64,000 nucleotides of DNA from Paragordius varius (taxonomy: Eukaryota > Animalia > Nematomorpha): contig OZ176052.1 of NCBI GenBank assembly GCA_964247055.1, positions 8,742,001 through 8,806,000 of the forward strand, read 5' to 3'. Below the pieces are notes generated by a model that made no database searches, was not told where the DNA came from, and saw only the letters and a program-made list of their open reading frames with translations. The position numbers and the translations under genes are program-made. Shown one piece after another: positions 53,991 to 63,948 of this stretch. Position 1 is the stretch's first letter, and each line of letters starts with the position of its first letter.

Positions 53991-56900
53991 GCTTTAACCA
54001 AATATACAATTTACACCTTTAATTCACACTTAAACTATTAAAGACTATGATTCACCCTTGAAAATTTCAAATTTACCCTTAAACACACTAAAAAATTATA
54101 TGTTTTTTGGAGGAATCTAACTTATTTCAGATATGTAATATTTCTTTATGACATAGCCATTTTTACTGGATAATTTTTAAAAACTAATAAAAGTAGGGTA
54201 GATTTATAACTAAACTTTTGGCAATACAGGTATAGTTGGGTTCATGGGCTGAATCATATAAACAAAGCTCCGTATTTTTATTGCATTGAACAGTTTTACA
54301 TGGATTGTTTTCAGAAATTATCTCACAGTTTGTGCCTTGATAGCCTACGAGACATTGGCAATGCTGTCCAGTTTCATTCTTGATACATATTCCATTATTT
54401 TTGCAATAATTTGTGACTCTACATTCAGCTATCAATCAATTAATTTATATATTTATTAAATTTTGTGTTTTTCATATATAATTCTTATCGAAATCGGTAT
54501 CTTAATTTTTTTAATTCATTATGTGATTTTTAATAAGATTAGTTTCAAATTTGTTTACAAAAGAAATTTAATTAATAAATTAATAATACTATAATAATAA
54601 TATATTTAAAATGACATATGCAAAAAATAGCTTTAGAACAATCAGTTAATACTTCGATTTAAAATGGGGTATCTAGGGACCCATGCTACATTTGTTAATA
54701 TTTTTAAATAACTACTGAAAGAAACGGTTTTAATTTTAATTTTATCCTAATAATTATACCAATAAGCCAATATATCTAAAATAATTAGTTTTGAAAACAA
54801 AGTTCTAGATCAAACTACTTCGATGCCATTTTTATTTTACAACATTTGTGCAACATATCGTGTTCAGTTCTTAACGCTAAAATTAAAGCTAATTTTTAAT
54901 TAAGTCACATTTAACATGGATATACACAGAATATTGTCCTATTTTTATATTTAGCCAATTCTGAATGAAATTTTATATAAAGTTTTTTAAGTGAATCTTT
55001 TTTCATATATTGGTGCATCAATGTTATATAAGTGCGCACTTTTGCAATGGTTTTAATTTGGTTTATGTTTTTAGAAATAAATTTAAACAGGTCTGGGGTC
55101 CCCAAAGAACTTAATTTGAATCGGAGGACTGAAGTGATGTCTTCTATGTATGCATTTCGTTTTACACAAAGATATTACGTTTTGGTTAGCAAAAAAACCG
55201 TTTAATTCAATATTTTTTTCTATCTATATTATGAAAAATTTTTACAGCAAGCATCGTCATGGTAATGTGAGCAATCATCCCAAGACACATTTCGACTTGC
55301 AATCTCCTGTGAATTGAAAACGATATTAGCACCTTGGCGGATACATCCTTTAAAGTGTTTACCAAACTCGATAAAATTTTGAACATTGTCGGCATGTTTT
55401 TCTGGTATGGCAAACTCTTTTAATTCATAAGGCAAGTTTAGTGTTTCGTGATACGAATGATCCACTGATACTGATAATTCATCTTTTTAGTAAACATTAA
55501 ATGATATAATAACAAATAAAATTTATGAAGTAGTAATTGGTAGAAAACGATATAATTATTTTGATTTAGTTAAAAGCAAAGTGTAATAATTTATTTTATT
55601 TTCAAATTTCAAACAAAACATTTTTCATATTCCTACCAAAATATTTAATGAAAAAAATTACCACTTTAAAACATAGGTCCTTGGGTGGAACCGTCCTGAT
55701 TTTGTTTTAAATTATAATACGACTGCAGTTTAAGGCATCGCAGGTAAATAATAAAAACAATTCGATACCATGTAACACTTTACTGACAAAAGCAAGTTTA
55801 TTTTTGAAACTATATAAGGTATTGGACGGTTTTTAAAATTATATTAGCTGTTACATTTAACGCGGTCTACAGGCGCATTTGTATTTGGGCCTTAGAAGTA
55901 AAATCCTTTAAATTTTTTCACTTTTATCGCATTGGTTTGATATAAAAAATGCACAATATATGTACAATATGTTCAGTTTATGTTTTTGGTCAAAGGGCTA
56001 AGGCCCCAACCAATATATTTTGTTAATAAATATTTTATAAAAAATATAATTTAAAAAACAATTATATTATGTCATTTTAAGATGTGTCCGAAAATCTCAT
56101 ACTTTTGGCACCCGCTAAAATGGGCTCTAAACGTGAATTGAGGTGATTGGGTATCTATGCTAGCTATCAAACAAATTAAATTTTAATAAACGCTTATTTC
56201 TTTTATATATAAATTAATTTCATTAAGGAATTTTGTATTCTGATGCATGAGCTTAAAGATAATGAAAAACGCCTTTTCTGCATACAATGCTACTGAAGAT
56301 TTCTATCACGGTAGCTCAAAACGGTGTAAAACACATAACTAGGTGTAATCGTTAGATGATATTCGTTTTTTGGAAAGAAAATCTATTTTATTCAAAATAT
56401 TGTGCACAGTTTCCACACATTGCGCCCATATCTCATATGATATATGAATGTCGTGCTAAAAAACTGATTGTCTTTTAGGAAAACCAACTAAGTAATTTTC
56501 CACATCTTCACGATTATTGAAGTGCTGCTTTGGGAGGGTGTGTCCTATTGATGCAAGATATTAGTTAGATCGCGCCAGGTCGGAAAAGTTCAGCCGACGC
56601 GAAAGAATTTCCCATCAAAGCGACTTCCAGGTTGTCTTTCACTGGTTTTTCTGTGTTAGAAAACCATTATGCAATGTCTTCTGGCCAATTTCATTCGTTT
56701 TTTCCAATTAAGGCATGGCTGGAATAATCCATTTTTTGTCGATAACCTTGTGTATTAACGGTTTCATCAGGTTTAAAAGCTCATTTAATACACAATACCG
56801 GGTGCTACCTGATGGTCATCTTACCGAAACGATTTCACATTGGTGTTGAAGGACCGGCTTGGCAATGTGAAATCCCGAATTTTCTGCTTTCGATTTAAAA

Positions 56901-58743
56901 CTCACTTCTCATTACGCGTCGCAGTATAATGCAGAAATGATTTCCATTGATGATGTTCAAGAAGGATTTCACAAGCACTTCGCGATTTTCGATTTGACGC
57001 TCATTCGAATTGTGTGGAACCTTAACGAGTTTATTTGTCTCTACCATCGCTTGTAGTCATTGCGATACATGTGATTCTTCTGTCAATTACCGTTCAGTTT
57101 CAGTAGGGTCATCATTCAATATTCTTTGATCGTCCTTGCAGTTGTGCACCAAAGCGCCCACACTCTTTTACATTAAATAATAAGTTAATCGATGGCTTGT
57201 TCCCCATATGTTTCTTTCAGCATACGATAACTTTCAACAGCCTTTTTGCCTGATGCCAATCCATGCCGCATATGTTCTTTTTCCGGCAAAAAATAGGACA
57301 TGATTACTGAATGATAGTAAATAAGGCGCTAGTTTTTTGTTGGACTCAAATTGTGTTAACAGCGTAGGAGAAAAATATGATGATATTTATGAATTTTTTA
57401 AATTATTAAGAGGATTTTAATTTGTTTAAGAATCATCACAAAATTATTATCCTATTAAAAATCAAAATATCGATGATTAAAAAATATGATTATGCAAAAC
57501 TGTTAACATAATAAAAAATCAAATATATAAATAAAATTATTAAATGTTGCTTATTATCAAAATAAAATAAGGTTAAAATTAGTTTTAACTTGCATATTTT
57601 AAACTTACTTTGAACATATATTTTAGTGATTATCTTTAACTTCTGAAAATATAATCAGTAAGTTTCCTTAACAACAATTTAAGAAGCAGAGATTTTAAAA
57701 TCTGTCTAAAATCAAGTCCTAGATAAATATTATTTCTTTGCTCAGTATGGTAATAATAAACATTATGTCATTGGGTTTTTAAAGCACCGAATGAATAATT
57801 TATAATGATAGTAATATAATTAATTGTATTATTTTATTTTAATTTTTGTTTTATGTGGAAAATGACCTATTAACTATTTGGTTAATATTTACCATGTTAT
57901 AATAATTAATCATAAGGTAAAATACATTTTGATGATTTTGAAAAGGTGTAAATATAGCCTTTTTAAATAAAACTTCGCACAAATAGTTAATTCATTACTT
58001 TTCTTTAATCTAATATCTAAGGCATGCCATTTATTTTCGGTAAGGGATAAATTGATGGTAGAATTTACGTTTATATATCTATCCACCAATAATTTTGGTT
58101 TATTTTCATTAGTGACATCCTTTTTCTCTAATTGCACCCATATATTTAGACCACCCATGTTATTGATTGAAAGTTGAATGTAAAAATATGACAAGTCACG
58201 TTTAATCATGTTATGAATAATGGTAAGTTTATCGCGTCTTCTTTGTTCCACAGTAGTTAACGGTTTACTTGTTATAGGTGAACTTACTGTGCTAGAATAA
58301 GCATGGCTAGAAGTTATAAATCTTGATGACCCTGTTACACCCAACATGGAAGAAAGGGAAGATGCAGGAGTTGTCGTTACGATCGGTGACACATTTAAAT
58401 CTGATTTGTAAAGAGATGTGAGTATATTAACCTTAGTATTATTGTATTCAAGTAGAATGCCACCCCGTCTACACGTCCTAAAAGAGAATGAAATTCCTGA
58501 TAAAATTTTCAAGGGCTTATACAAAAGGATTTGTGAGGTGCCATTGAAATAGGCTTCACTGCCCACACTTTGCACTGTTTGGGTGTCAACTAAAGATTTT
58601 GATGTTGCAAAATGGTTGGGTAGAGTTGTCGTATAAATTAATGGGCCCTCTTTACGCCCTTCCCCACGCACAAGAATATGGAGAGTGGGCCAAAGTCCAA
58701 ACATATAGAGAAATGTTAGTGATAAATGTAGTAAAAATATCAT
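20121..58743 (-). CDS. crb: Crumbs apical polarity protein, 33-exon gene model, about 2590 aa
   Basis: C-terminal tail [37 protein letters not shown] (37 aa, GxYxPxxxE FERM motif, ERLI PDZ motif) after a TM helix. N-terminus has [17 protein letters not shown] as in the insect Crumbs N-terminal LamG-like domain. EGF arrays and three LamG domains are in Crumbs order. All 32 introns are GT-AG and exon lengths keep frame. Confidence 0.96.
21240..21514 (-). CDS. crb: crumbs exon 32: last EGF repeats
   Basis: [33 protein letters not shown]; donor gtaagt. Confidence 0.93.
21994..22235. mobile_element. hAT-type MITE
   Basis: Ends cggggatgtcgaac / gttaaacatacctg; 8-bp TSD atttaaac/ttttaaac. Confidence 0.65.
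23030..23137 (-). CDS. crb: crumbs exon 31: cbEGF
   Basis: [36 protein letters not shown]. Confidence 0.92.
24401..24763 (-). CDS. crb: crumbs exon 30: three EGF repeats
   Basis: [33 protein letters not shown]. Confidence 0.93.
24867..25153. mobile_element. hAT-type MITE
   Basis: Ends caggagtgtcaaaa / gcgggccttgtgttgaccacccctg (hAT-like CAGGGGTG..AAC). Degenerate 8-bp TSD cttttgcc/ctttttct. Confidence 0.7.
25401..25637 (-). CDS. crb: crumbs exon 29: EGF repeats
   Basis: [44 protein letters not shown]. Confidence 0.92.
26184..26318 (-). CDS. crb: crumbs exon 28: cbEGF
   Basis: [45 protein letters not shown]. Confidence 0.92.
26611..26756 (-). CDS. crb: crumbs exon 27: cbEGF
   Basis: [49 protein letters not shown]. 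Confidence 0.92.
26860..26999 (-). CDS. crb: crumbs exon 26: EGF
   Basis: [35 protein letters not shown]. Confidence 0.9.
27634..27853 (-). CDS. crb: crumbs exon 25: EGF repeats
   Basis: [35 protein letters not shown]; the phase-0 donor after 27634 is required by exon 26. Confidence 0.88.
28408..28443. repeat. (TA)n microsatellite
   Basis: Read directly. Confidence 0.92.
29025..29202 (-). CDS. crb: crumbs exon 24: EGF repeats
   Basis: [59 protein letters not shown]; not in the ORF track. Confidence 0.93.
29745..30855 (-). mobile_element. Decayed mariner transposon (Mos1/mauritiana-like), copy 1, in a crumbs intron
   Basis: Frameshifted remnants [53 protein letters not shown] and C-terminal QYFE-stop follow the Mos1 transposase motif order. 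5' boundary approximate. Confidence 0.9.
31363..32695 (-). CDS. Putative alternative first exon of crumbs (or nested gene): signal peptide + Cys-free S/T/N/Q-rich mucin-like segment
   Basis: 456-codon open frame in very AT-rich [26 protein letters not shown] signal-like start, many N-x-S/T sequons. Phase-1 donor c|gtaact at 31362 is compatible with the acceptor at 29203. Splicing is inferred. Confidence 0.7.
36810..36928 (-). CDS. crb: crumbs exon 23: end of LamG3 + first half of an EGF
   Basis: ..[19 protein letters not shown](G); donor gtaaat, phase 1; completes an EGF when joined to the exon at 29202. Confidence 0.88.
37031..37178 (-). CDS. crb: crumbs exon 22: LamG3
   Basis: [24 protein letters not shown], similar to the FKGC...LLPYF segment of Crumbs LamG3; not in the ORF track. 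Confidence 0.82.
37955..38165 (-). CDS. crb: crumbs exon 21: LamG3
   Basis: [21 protein letters not shown]; a 110-nt intron explains the two overlapping ORFs in the track. Confidence 0.87.
38276..38541 (-). CDS. crb: crumbs exon 20: LamG3
   Basis: [29 protein letters not shown]; donor gtacca. Confidence 0.87.
39050..39430 (-). repeat. Dispersed repeat, inverted copy of 18075-18480, in crumbs intron 19
   Basis: aaaaccggtagaccc, ccagttcgggcccacccc, ttttcgattgcgccgaacata. Confidence 0.85.
39628..39737 (-). CDS. crb: crumbs exon 19: EGF
   Basis: [31 protein letters not shown]. Confidence 0.92.
40351..40567 (-). CDS. crb: crumbs exon 18: end of LamG2 + EGF
   Basis: [32 protein letters not shown]. 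Confidence 0.92.
40692..40968 (-). CDS. crb: crumbs exon 17: LamG2
   Basis: [21 protein letters not shown]; phase 0-1. Confidence 0.87.
41525..41787 (-). CDS. crb: crumbs exon 16: LamG2
   Basis: [27 protein letters not shown]. Confidence 0.9.
41923..42133 (-). CDS. crb: crumbs exon 15: end of LamG1 + EGF
   Basis: [45 protein letters not shown]. Confidence 0.92.
42377..42576 (-). CDS. crb: crumbs exon 14: LamG1
   Basis: [28 protein letters not shown]; phase 1-0. Confidence 0.88.
43202..44031 (-). CDS. crb: crumbs exon 13: EGFs + start of LamG1 with a long insertion
   Basis: [55 protein letters not shown]. Confidence 0.9.
44214..44439 (-). CDS. crb: crumbs exon 12: cbEGF repeats
   Basis: [29 protein letters not shown]; matches the extended-loop EGF (..ASGYEC) known in insect Crumbs. 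Confidence 0.92.
44799..45043 (-). CDS. crb: crumbs exon 11: cbEGF repeats
   Basis: [37 protein letters not shown]. Donor gtttcg was chosen for phase compatibility with exon 12. Confidence 0.85.
45258..45462 (-). CDS. crb: crumbs exon 10: cbEGF repeats
   Basis: [44 protein letters not shown]; donor gtaagt. Confidence 0.93.
45681..45842 (-). CDS. crb: crumbs exon 9: cbEGF repeats
   Basis: [40 protein letters not shown]. Confidence 0.93.
45925..47730 (+). mobile_element. 5'-truncated, decayed RTE-clade LINE, antisense in crumbs intron 8
   Basis: [85 protein letters not shown] and [10 protein letters not shown] are RTE/BovB-type RT motifs. Stops and frameshifts present. Confidence 0.92.
48125..48339 (-). 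CDS. crb: crumbs exon 8: cbEGF repeats
   Basis: [46 protein letters not shown]. Confidence 0.93.
48417..48929. mobile_element. MITE family A, copy 1
   Basis: TIR cttcgatttaaattggggt / accccaatttgaatcgaag; interior shared with the 54652 and 63508 copies. Confidence 0.75.
50822..50927 (-). CDS. crb: crumbs exon 7: EGF
   Basis: [35 protein letters not shown]; donor gtaagt. Confidence 0.92.
50963..51157 (-). CDS. crb: crumbs exon 6: cbEGF repeats
   Basis: [42 protein letters not shown]. Confidence 0.93.
51232..51429 (-). CDS. crb: crumbs exon 5: EGF repeats
   Basis: [39 protein letters not shown]. Confidence 0.92.
53153..53784. mobile_element. MITE family B, copy 1
   Basis: Ends gtgaccagata / tatctggtcac. 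Interior blocks (ctgtactgc, tatgaaggca, aaaataggcaaattat) are shared with 60898-61308. Confidence 0.72.
53808..53942 (-). CDS. crb: crumbs exon 4: EGF
   Basis: [44 protein letters not shown]; not in the ORF track; AG/GT present, 135 nt. Confidence 0.9.
54216..54428 (-). CDS. crb: crumbs exon 3: EGF repeats
   Basis: [33 protein letters not shown]; phase 1-1. Confidence 0.9.
54652..55126. mobile_element. MITE family A, copy 2
   Basis: TIR cttcgatttaaaatggggtatctagggaccc / gggtccccaaagaacttaatttgaatcggag; shared caaactacttcga and gctaaaattaaagctaatttt blocks. Confidence 0.75.
55246..55470 (-). CDS. crb: crumbs exon 2: end of N-terminal LamG-like domain
   Basis: [24 protein letters not shown]. 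Two in-frame acceptors (exon start 55470 or 55464); donor gtaaaa. Confidence 0.85.
56338..57340 (-). mobile_element. Decayed mariner transposon (Mos1/mauritiana-like), copy 2, in crumbs intron 1
   Basis: [54 protein letters not shown]-stop. A Mos1-like TIR remnant (ctaggtgta) lies at 56339. Multiple stops and frameshifts. Confidence 0.9.
57981..58743 (-). CDS. crb: crumbs exon 1: signal peptide + N-terminal LamG-like domain
   Basis: [18 protein letters not shown] signal; [29 protein letters not shown]; ENKWHALDI. Donor is ambiguous: phase-1 GT after 57981 or after 57999. Confidence 0.85.
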
Positions 58744-59327
58744 TGAGATAGGACTTGTTAGTTCATAAATATTTTAAAGTAAAACGCTGAAATTTGTATA
58801 GATAGTAATCACATATTCAGATGGTGGTTATGTTTTGAAGAGGATTATAAATAACATTTTATTGTAATAATCTCATCCTTTTATTCAATCAATAACCGAT
58901 AATAGTACAATTATTATTGATACGTACTTTAGTAATTAGAAGGAAAGGCGAAAGGTGCGAATAAATAACTTTGTAAAATAGTAAAAAGGATACATTTACA
59001 TCAACATAAGGGGAAGAAATAAATAAATAAAAAATATTCGATATATTTCGTGCTTATTTATTACTAATCCTTTAGGTAAATATTTGATTTGGGTAACCAA
59101 AAGGGCCCCTTCACTATTTTAAAACCCGCTCTAAAAATATTGATTAATAAGAAATGAATTAATTAGATTATGTAATCTATAAATAAATTTAAAACATAAC
59201 TGGAAAACAGAATTTTTTGCGGAAAAAACGAATTTTTTTTGTTTAACTGTATAACTATTTATATAAATACACCTAAATATTTAAAGCAGGTCATTTTAAA
59301 AGAAAGAGAGGCTTAAATTTAAAATTT

Positions 59328-59329
<2 letters not shown>

Positions 59330-59381
<52 letters not shown>
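59330..59381. repeat. (TA)n microsatellite upstream of the crumbs ATG
   Basis: About 25 TA units read directly. Confidence 0.95.
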
Positions 59382-59384
<3 letters not shown>

Positions 59385-60897
59385 ATAGAAAGAAAAATTT
59401 GTATCTTTCTACACAACGTTTGAAATGTGTAAAAAATATAATTTAATATTATTATAATATATAAATATAATTGGAATTAAAATACAGGTATAAGTGTAGA
59501 AACAAACCTTAGCCTAAAATATTGTATAAAAATATGATATTAATTTATATACATAAAATTATCAGTTACCACAGGGCATACCACATATTTTACATCAAAT
59601 ATAACATGTATAGAGATTGGTGCATTTCAGAATATACTATATCAAAACTTATTATTATTAATTTAAATTTTCGAATCAAATGTATTTCTTATAGCCACTT
59701 ATTAAAGTATGCATTATTGACCAGCGGCCTTTTGCAATTTTTTTAACATACTATTAAATCACCAAACTTTTATGAATATCAACGGACTCAAAGAGTGACT
59801 AAGTTTAAATTTGGCCAGTGTGACCATAATGCGCGATAAAAGCATAGTGAGATGATTATTATTTAAATGGGCAAATTTTACCCCACTTCATAGCGAATAA
59901 TACGACACGGCTTGCCCAGCAGGTGCAGTAATTATTATTTCGCATTTTGGCATAAGCACGTTAGAATTTGCCTAAGTTTTACTCAATAGGTAATTTTTAA
60001 TTTGTTGTTTAAAGCTGGTTGCAGGCGGCCCAGTTTGAACTCTCTCATGTCCCAAAGAATTTTTTAAATGATTGTATTTTGATACGCTCTGTGAATATTT
60101 TATATTTTTTAACCAAAAGATGCCGATTTAAGTTAATTTTCCGAAATTAAAATATAAGTGTACTCTTATTTATTCACATAAATGCCGAACATAGACCACT
60201 TTTTTGAAATTGTTTGGTTTTTCCTGATATTAGGGTTTTTCGAAAAACTAAATTCTTAAAATTTTACCTGATTTTTGACGGATGCTTAAGTCGATTCAAC
60301 ACTTGACTACAAATCTACGTATTTTTCGATTTAAATTGATGAAAATGACGACTGTTTTATATCAAATAATAAAATATGAATTTAATGGAAGCCATTTCCA
60401 AAGCAATTATTTCACAATGGACTAAAATATAAAAAAAGATCCATAGAAAATGATTTGATATTATTAATTTGGATATAATGGCAAAAATTTACACAACATG
60501 GAGTGTAGGCATTAATCCTATACTGATATTCAACCATTTTATCTGCCAATGTTAATGTTAAACATGACTATAGTTAAGATTGATTTAGCGGGAATCTAAA
60601 AACACATGGCATTTTGCTAAAAATTGGAAAATAAAAATAGCGTCAAAGTTTGCTTTGGAACTTTCTTCGAAAAACTAAATTTTATTTTTGTTTTGGTATA
60701 TTTATATTATTTTATTAACAAATTTGAATGACAGCTCTTTTTAGCATTTTTCAAATATCAAATTAAAGTTGGTTTGGGGTAACCTGTTATCCCGATTGGT
60801 ATGAATTAAATAATTCATATCCATAAGGCAAAAAAATCTTGGTAAAATAGGAAAAAAAAATATATTAGGATTCTCATCGTGCTTTTGGTGATTGGCT

Positions 60898-61308
60898 CTA
60901 AGGTAATGTGACCAGATAGGCTGTTTTTCACAAACTGCTCCTGTACTGCCCTGACTTTTGTACTGCTTTAGAAATTTTTTTGTAAATATATTAATTATCT
61001 TTATAAAAAAAATTAATGTATAATTTTATAGAGTACAATAATAATTTGTAAATATAAAAGGTTCATTTTTCGTTCAATACTAAGATTGGCCTATTATTAA
61101 TTGAGTAACAATCAGGTTTCGGACCGGTTAAACTGCTTATGAAGGCAATCACGCAGTGGCGGAACTATAATTCTTTCTACTGTAAGATTTAGGTTAAAGG
61201 CCATTTAACCAGTGATAAACCGCTGCAAAAATCTGGTGTAAAAATAGGCAAATTATGTTTTAATTTTGTACTACGCCAGTGTTCAAAATCTAGTCACATT
61301 ACTCTAGG
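60898..61308. mobile_element. MITE family B, copy 2
   Basis: TIR ctaaggtaatgtgaccagat / atctagtcacattactctag. Confidence 0.72.
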
Positions 61309-61324
61309 ACTCATTTAATAAACC

Positions 61325-61888
61325 ATTTGCACTTCAAGAGTGTCCTTGAACACTTCAAGATGGTTGTTGAACATTTCAAGTTGGTCCTTTGACTTTTTTG
61401 TTTTGTTTTAAACTTTTATCAATCAAATCGTAAATCATTGATCTATTTTATCGTTTGACCGATTTTCAATTATTCAACATAAATTTTAAATCAATATCGA
61501 CCTTTAATCATTGAGAAACCGGATATCTTTTTTTAATTTCTTAAAATTTGTTTGGATATCATAAAATTTTAGTACCTAATTAAAAAATATATAAGTCTGG
61601 GTTATTATTTATAATTTTTCATATTTTAAAATTAATAATTTCGTTAAATTAAAAAAAAATTAATATGAAAAAAAAGTGGTTTTTGAATAAAAATTTTTAT
61701 TTTCAAATGAATAAATATATAATAAATAAGGAAAATTAGCTTAAATAATAAAATATAAATATAAATGCAAAAATTATGGTTAAATGAAAATTTAAAATTT
61801 TTTGGGACCAACTTGAAATGTTCAAGGACCAATTTGAAGTGTTCAAGGACCAACTTGAGGTGTTCAAGGACACTCTTGAAGCGCAAAT
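61325..61888. mobile_element. Foldback-like non-autonomous element with inverted arms built of 21-bp subrepeats
   Basis: Left arm atttgcacttcaagagtgtccttgaaca... is the reverse complement of right arm ...tgttcaaggacactcttgaagcgcaaat; 3 units left, 4 right; AT-rich core. Confidence 0.8.
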
Positions 61889-63507
61889 AGTATATAACAC
61901 TTTTGTGGCAATTCAATATGAAAAAATTTTAACATTTGAGCATTATGCCAAACAAATTGCGGTGAAGGCTATAAAATATTAATATATCATATACTCAACA
62001 CATTGAATTGTGTCTGGAAAGAAAATTATTCAGGATCATTATGGTGCATTTGGTTTGGGTTCTTACGAGAGAATATAAGATTATTACCACTTTTGTAGTT
62101 CTCTATTTATAACAGAAAATCGAAAAATTAGCGCCATTATGTTTAATAAAATTATTTTTGAGCTTAATGCTTTATTCCAAATAATATTAATAAATCATAT
62201 GATATACTATATTTAAAAAGCAGAACAATATTTTTATAAAACTTTGATTTTTAGATAGGTCTCCGAAAGCCTCAAATTCTTCCTCCCTCTAAAATGGGTT
62301 AATTCTTCTAAAATAAAGGCAAAATTTTGCGTTTGCGATATTGCTAGATTAGGCCAAAATATTTATGCATAATTTGTTTAATTTAATTATGGAAATTTTG
62401 TTGAAGCATATTTTATTTTTGATAGGAAATCGGTATAAAGACAATTTAACAATTCTTAAAAACAGTTTCTTATATTAATAAGGAACATTTCACTCAAAAC
62501 ATTAACCTAGAGGTAACATATATTTGAAGATCAACGTAATGAAAAATTGAGAGAAATGTTCATCAAGATCGAATTACATAGGAAAAGTTTAAAATATCTT
62601 GAAGCGTTTTGATAATTTTTTTTCATTCAAAATAGCATGAAGTACTGGTTAACAAAATTTTGCAAAAATTTTATAAGCGTGCATTTATTCAAAAAAATAT
62701 TTTTTAATGCCATAATATAGCACAGTGGTATTTACAAGCATATATTAAAGGGTCAAAAAAATATTTTTCTTTTCTCAAGGGCTATAATACAGATGTAATT
62801 TTAATGCTGTTTGATACCTTTGCAGATATTTATTATCGAAATAAGTAATTCAGACCCCTAAATAAGCATTTTCTCCGGGCCCGTGGGCAGAAGCTAAACT
62901 TTTCAAGCGATTAATCCATTATGTAGGGGGAAAAGTTTATGGTTTTTGGAGACCACATCAAAATATTAAAATTTTTATAAAAATGTTTTGATAAAATATA
63001 GTATATCATATATTTAACGATATATTTAAAATAAATCATTTAGCTCTAACCAATTTCAGAATAATGAGCGCTAATTTTGCGATTTTCCTATATCAAGCAA
63101 TTATCACAATCCAATTAACTTTCTATATCATATCCTTAACCACCATGAGTAACCTGAGAATATCTATCATAATATCTATATCTCGGAATATTTTTTCATA
63201 CCTTCTGATTGTGACAGTGCAAGAACCATTGTTTCCAATTTATAGAACCCTACGTAAGAAAACCTTTTTTGATCCCAAGAGCATGTTTACCAAATATTTG
63301 ATTTTTTTCACGACACAATATACAATCGAAATAAATTTGCCACTTTTATCAAAATGGTGAAAACTTAATTTAAATGTTTTTTTTTAATTTTATATATATT
63401 TCAAAGTATACCAATTGCGCCTTAATGAAGCTTTGAAAATATAATTTTAAAAGCTTAGTAATGCTTTAAGCGTATATTAATTATTTTCATCTGTTTATAT
63501 TTTAACA

Positions 63508-63948
63508 TTTCGATTCAAATAGAGGTAACTAGTGACTCCAGATCATATAAATTGATATTATTAAAAAACAAATGAAAAAGACGGTTCTGTTTTAAATTTA
63601 TGATTATATCCTAAATTACAAACTTAGCATTGAAAAAAATTTCCATATTCAACGCCATTTTTCACAATATTTTTGAAAAATATCGTCTTTATCTAAAATT
63701 GATAAAAACAGAAAACAGGTTTATTTGCATTATATTTATATTTAGTTAATCAAAACATGTCATGTTAGCTAAATTTTTACTTTTGGTTTTATCCATAAAA
63801 TAAGTAATATCAAGCTTTTTTGAATGATTATTTTTGATTGGTTTATCAATGTTATCATACTTTTGTAATGGTTTAAATATTTTCCATATTTTTTGGAATA
63901 TTTGATATTAAACAGGTCTGGGGTCACTAGTTGCTCCAATCATAAAAG
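63508..63948. mobile_element. MITE family A, copy 3
   Basis: Inverted ends taactagtgactccag / ctggggtcactagttg, followed by aggactgaaa as in the other copies. Confidence 0.65.

Noticed and set aside
20121-58743. Notch, eyes shut or a generic EGF protein as the identity of the EGF gene
   Set aside because: No LNR or ankyrin repeats. LamG domains, a TM helix and a 37-aa tail ending in ERLI are diagnostic of Crumbs.
61325-61888. CRISPR-like repeat array
   Set aside because: Repeats are contiguous without unique spacers, the two blocks are inverted, the context is eukaryotic and there are no cas genes.
61644-61916. ORF with a heptad repeat LKLVLEHF resembling a leucine zipper
   Set aside because: It is only the translation of the 21-bp DNA subrepeats of the foldback arm plus AT-rich filler.
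49895-62420. Short shared segment aaataaaggcaaaa..tgcg..ttgaagc.tatttt at about 49897 and 62312
   Set aside because: Probably another decayed repeat family, but too short and AT-rich to define ends or support a feature call.
63064-63360. 98-aa hydrophobic ORF
   Set aside because: I/F/L/Y-rich composition is expected from AT-rich non-coding DNA. No domain or convincing splice context on either strand.
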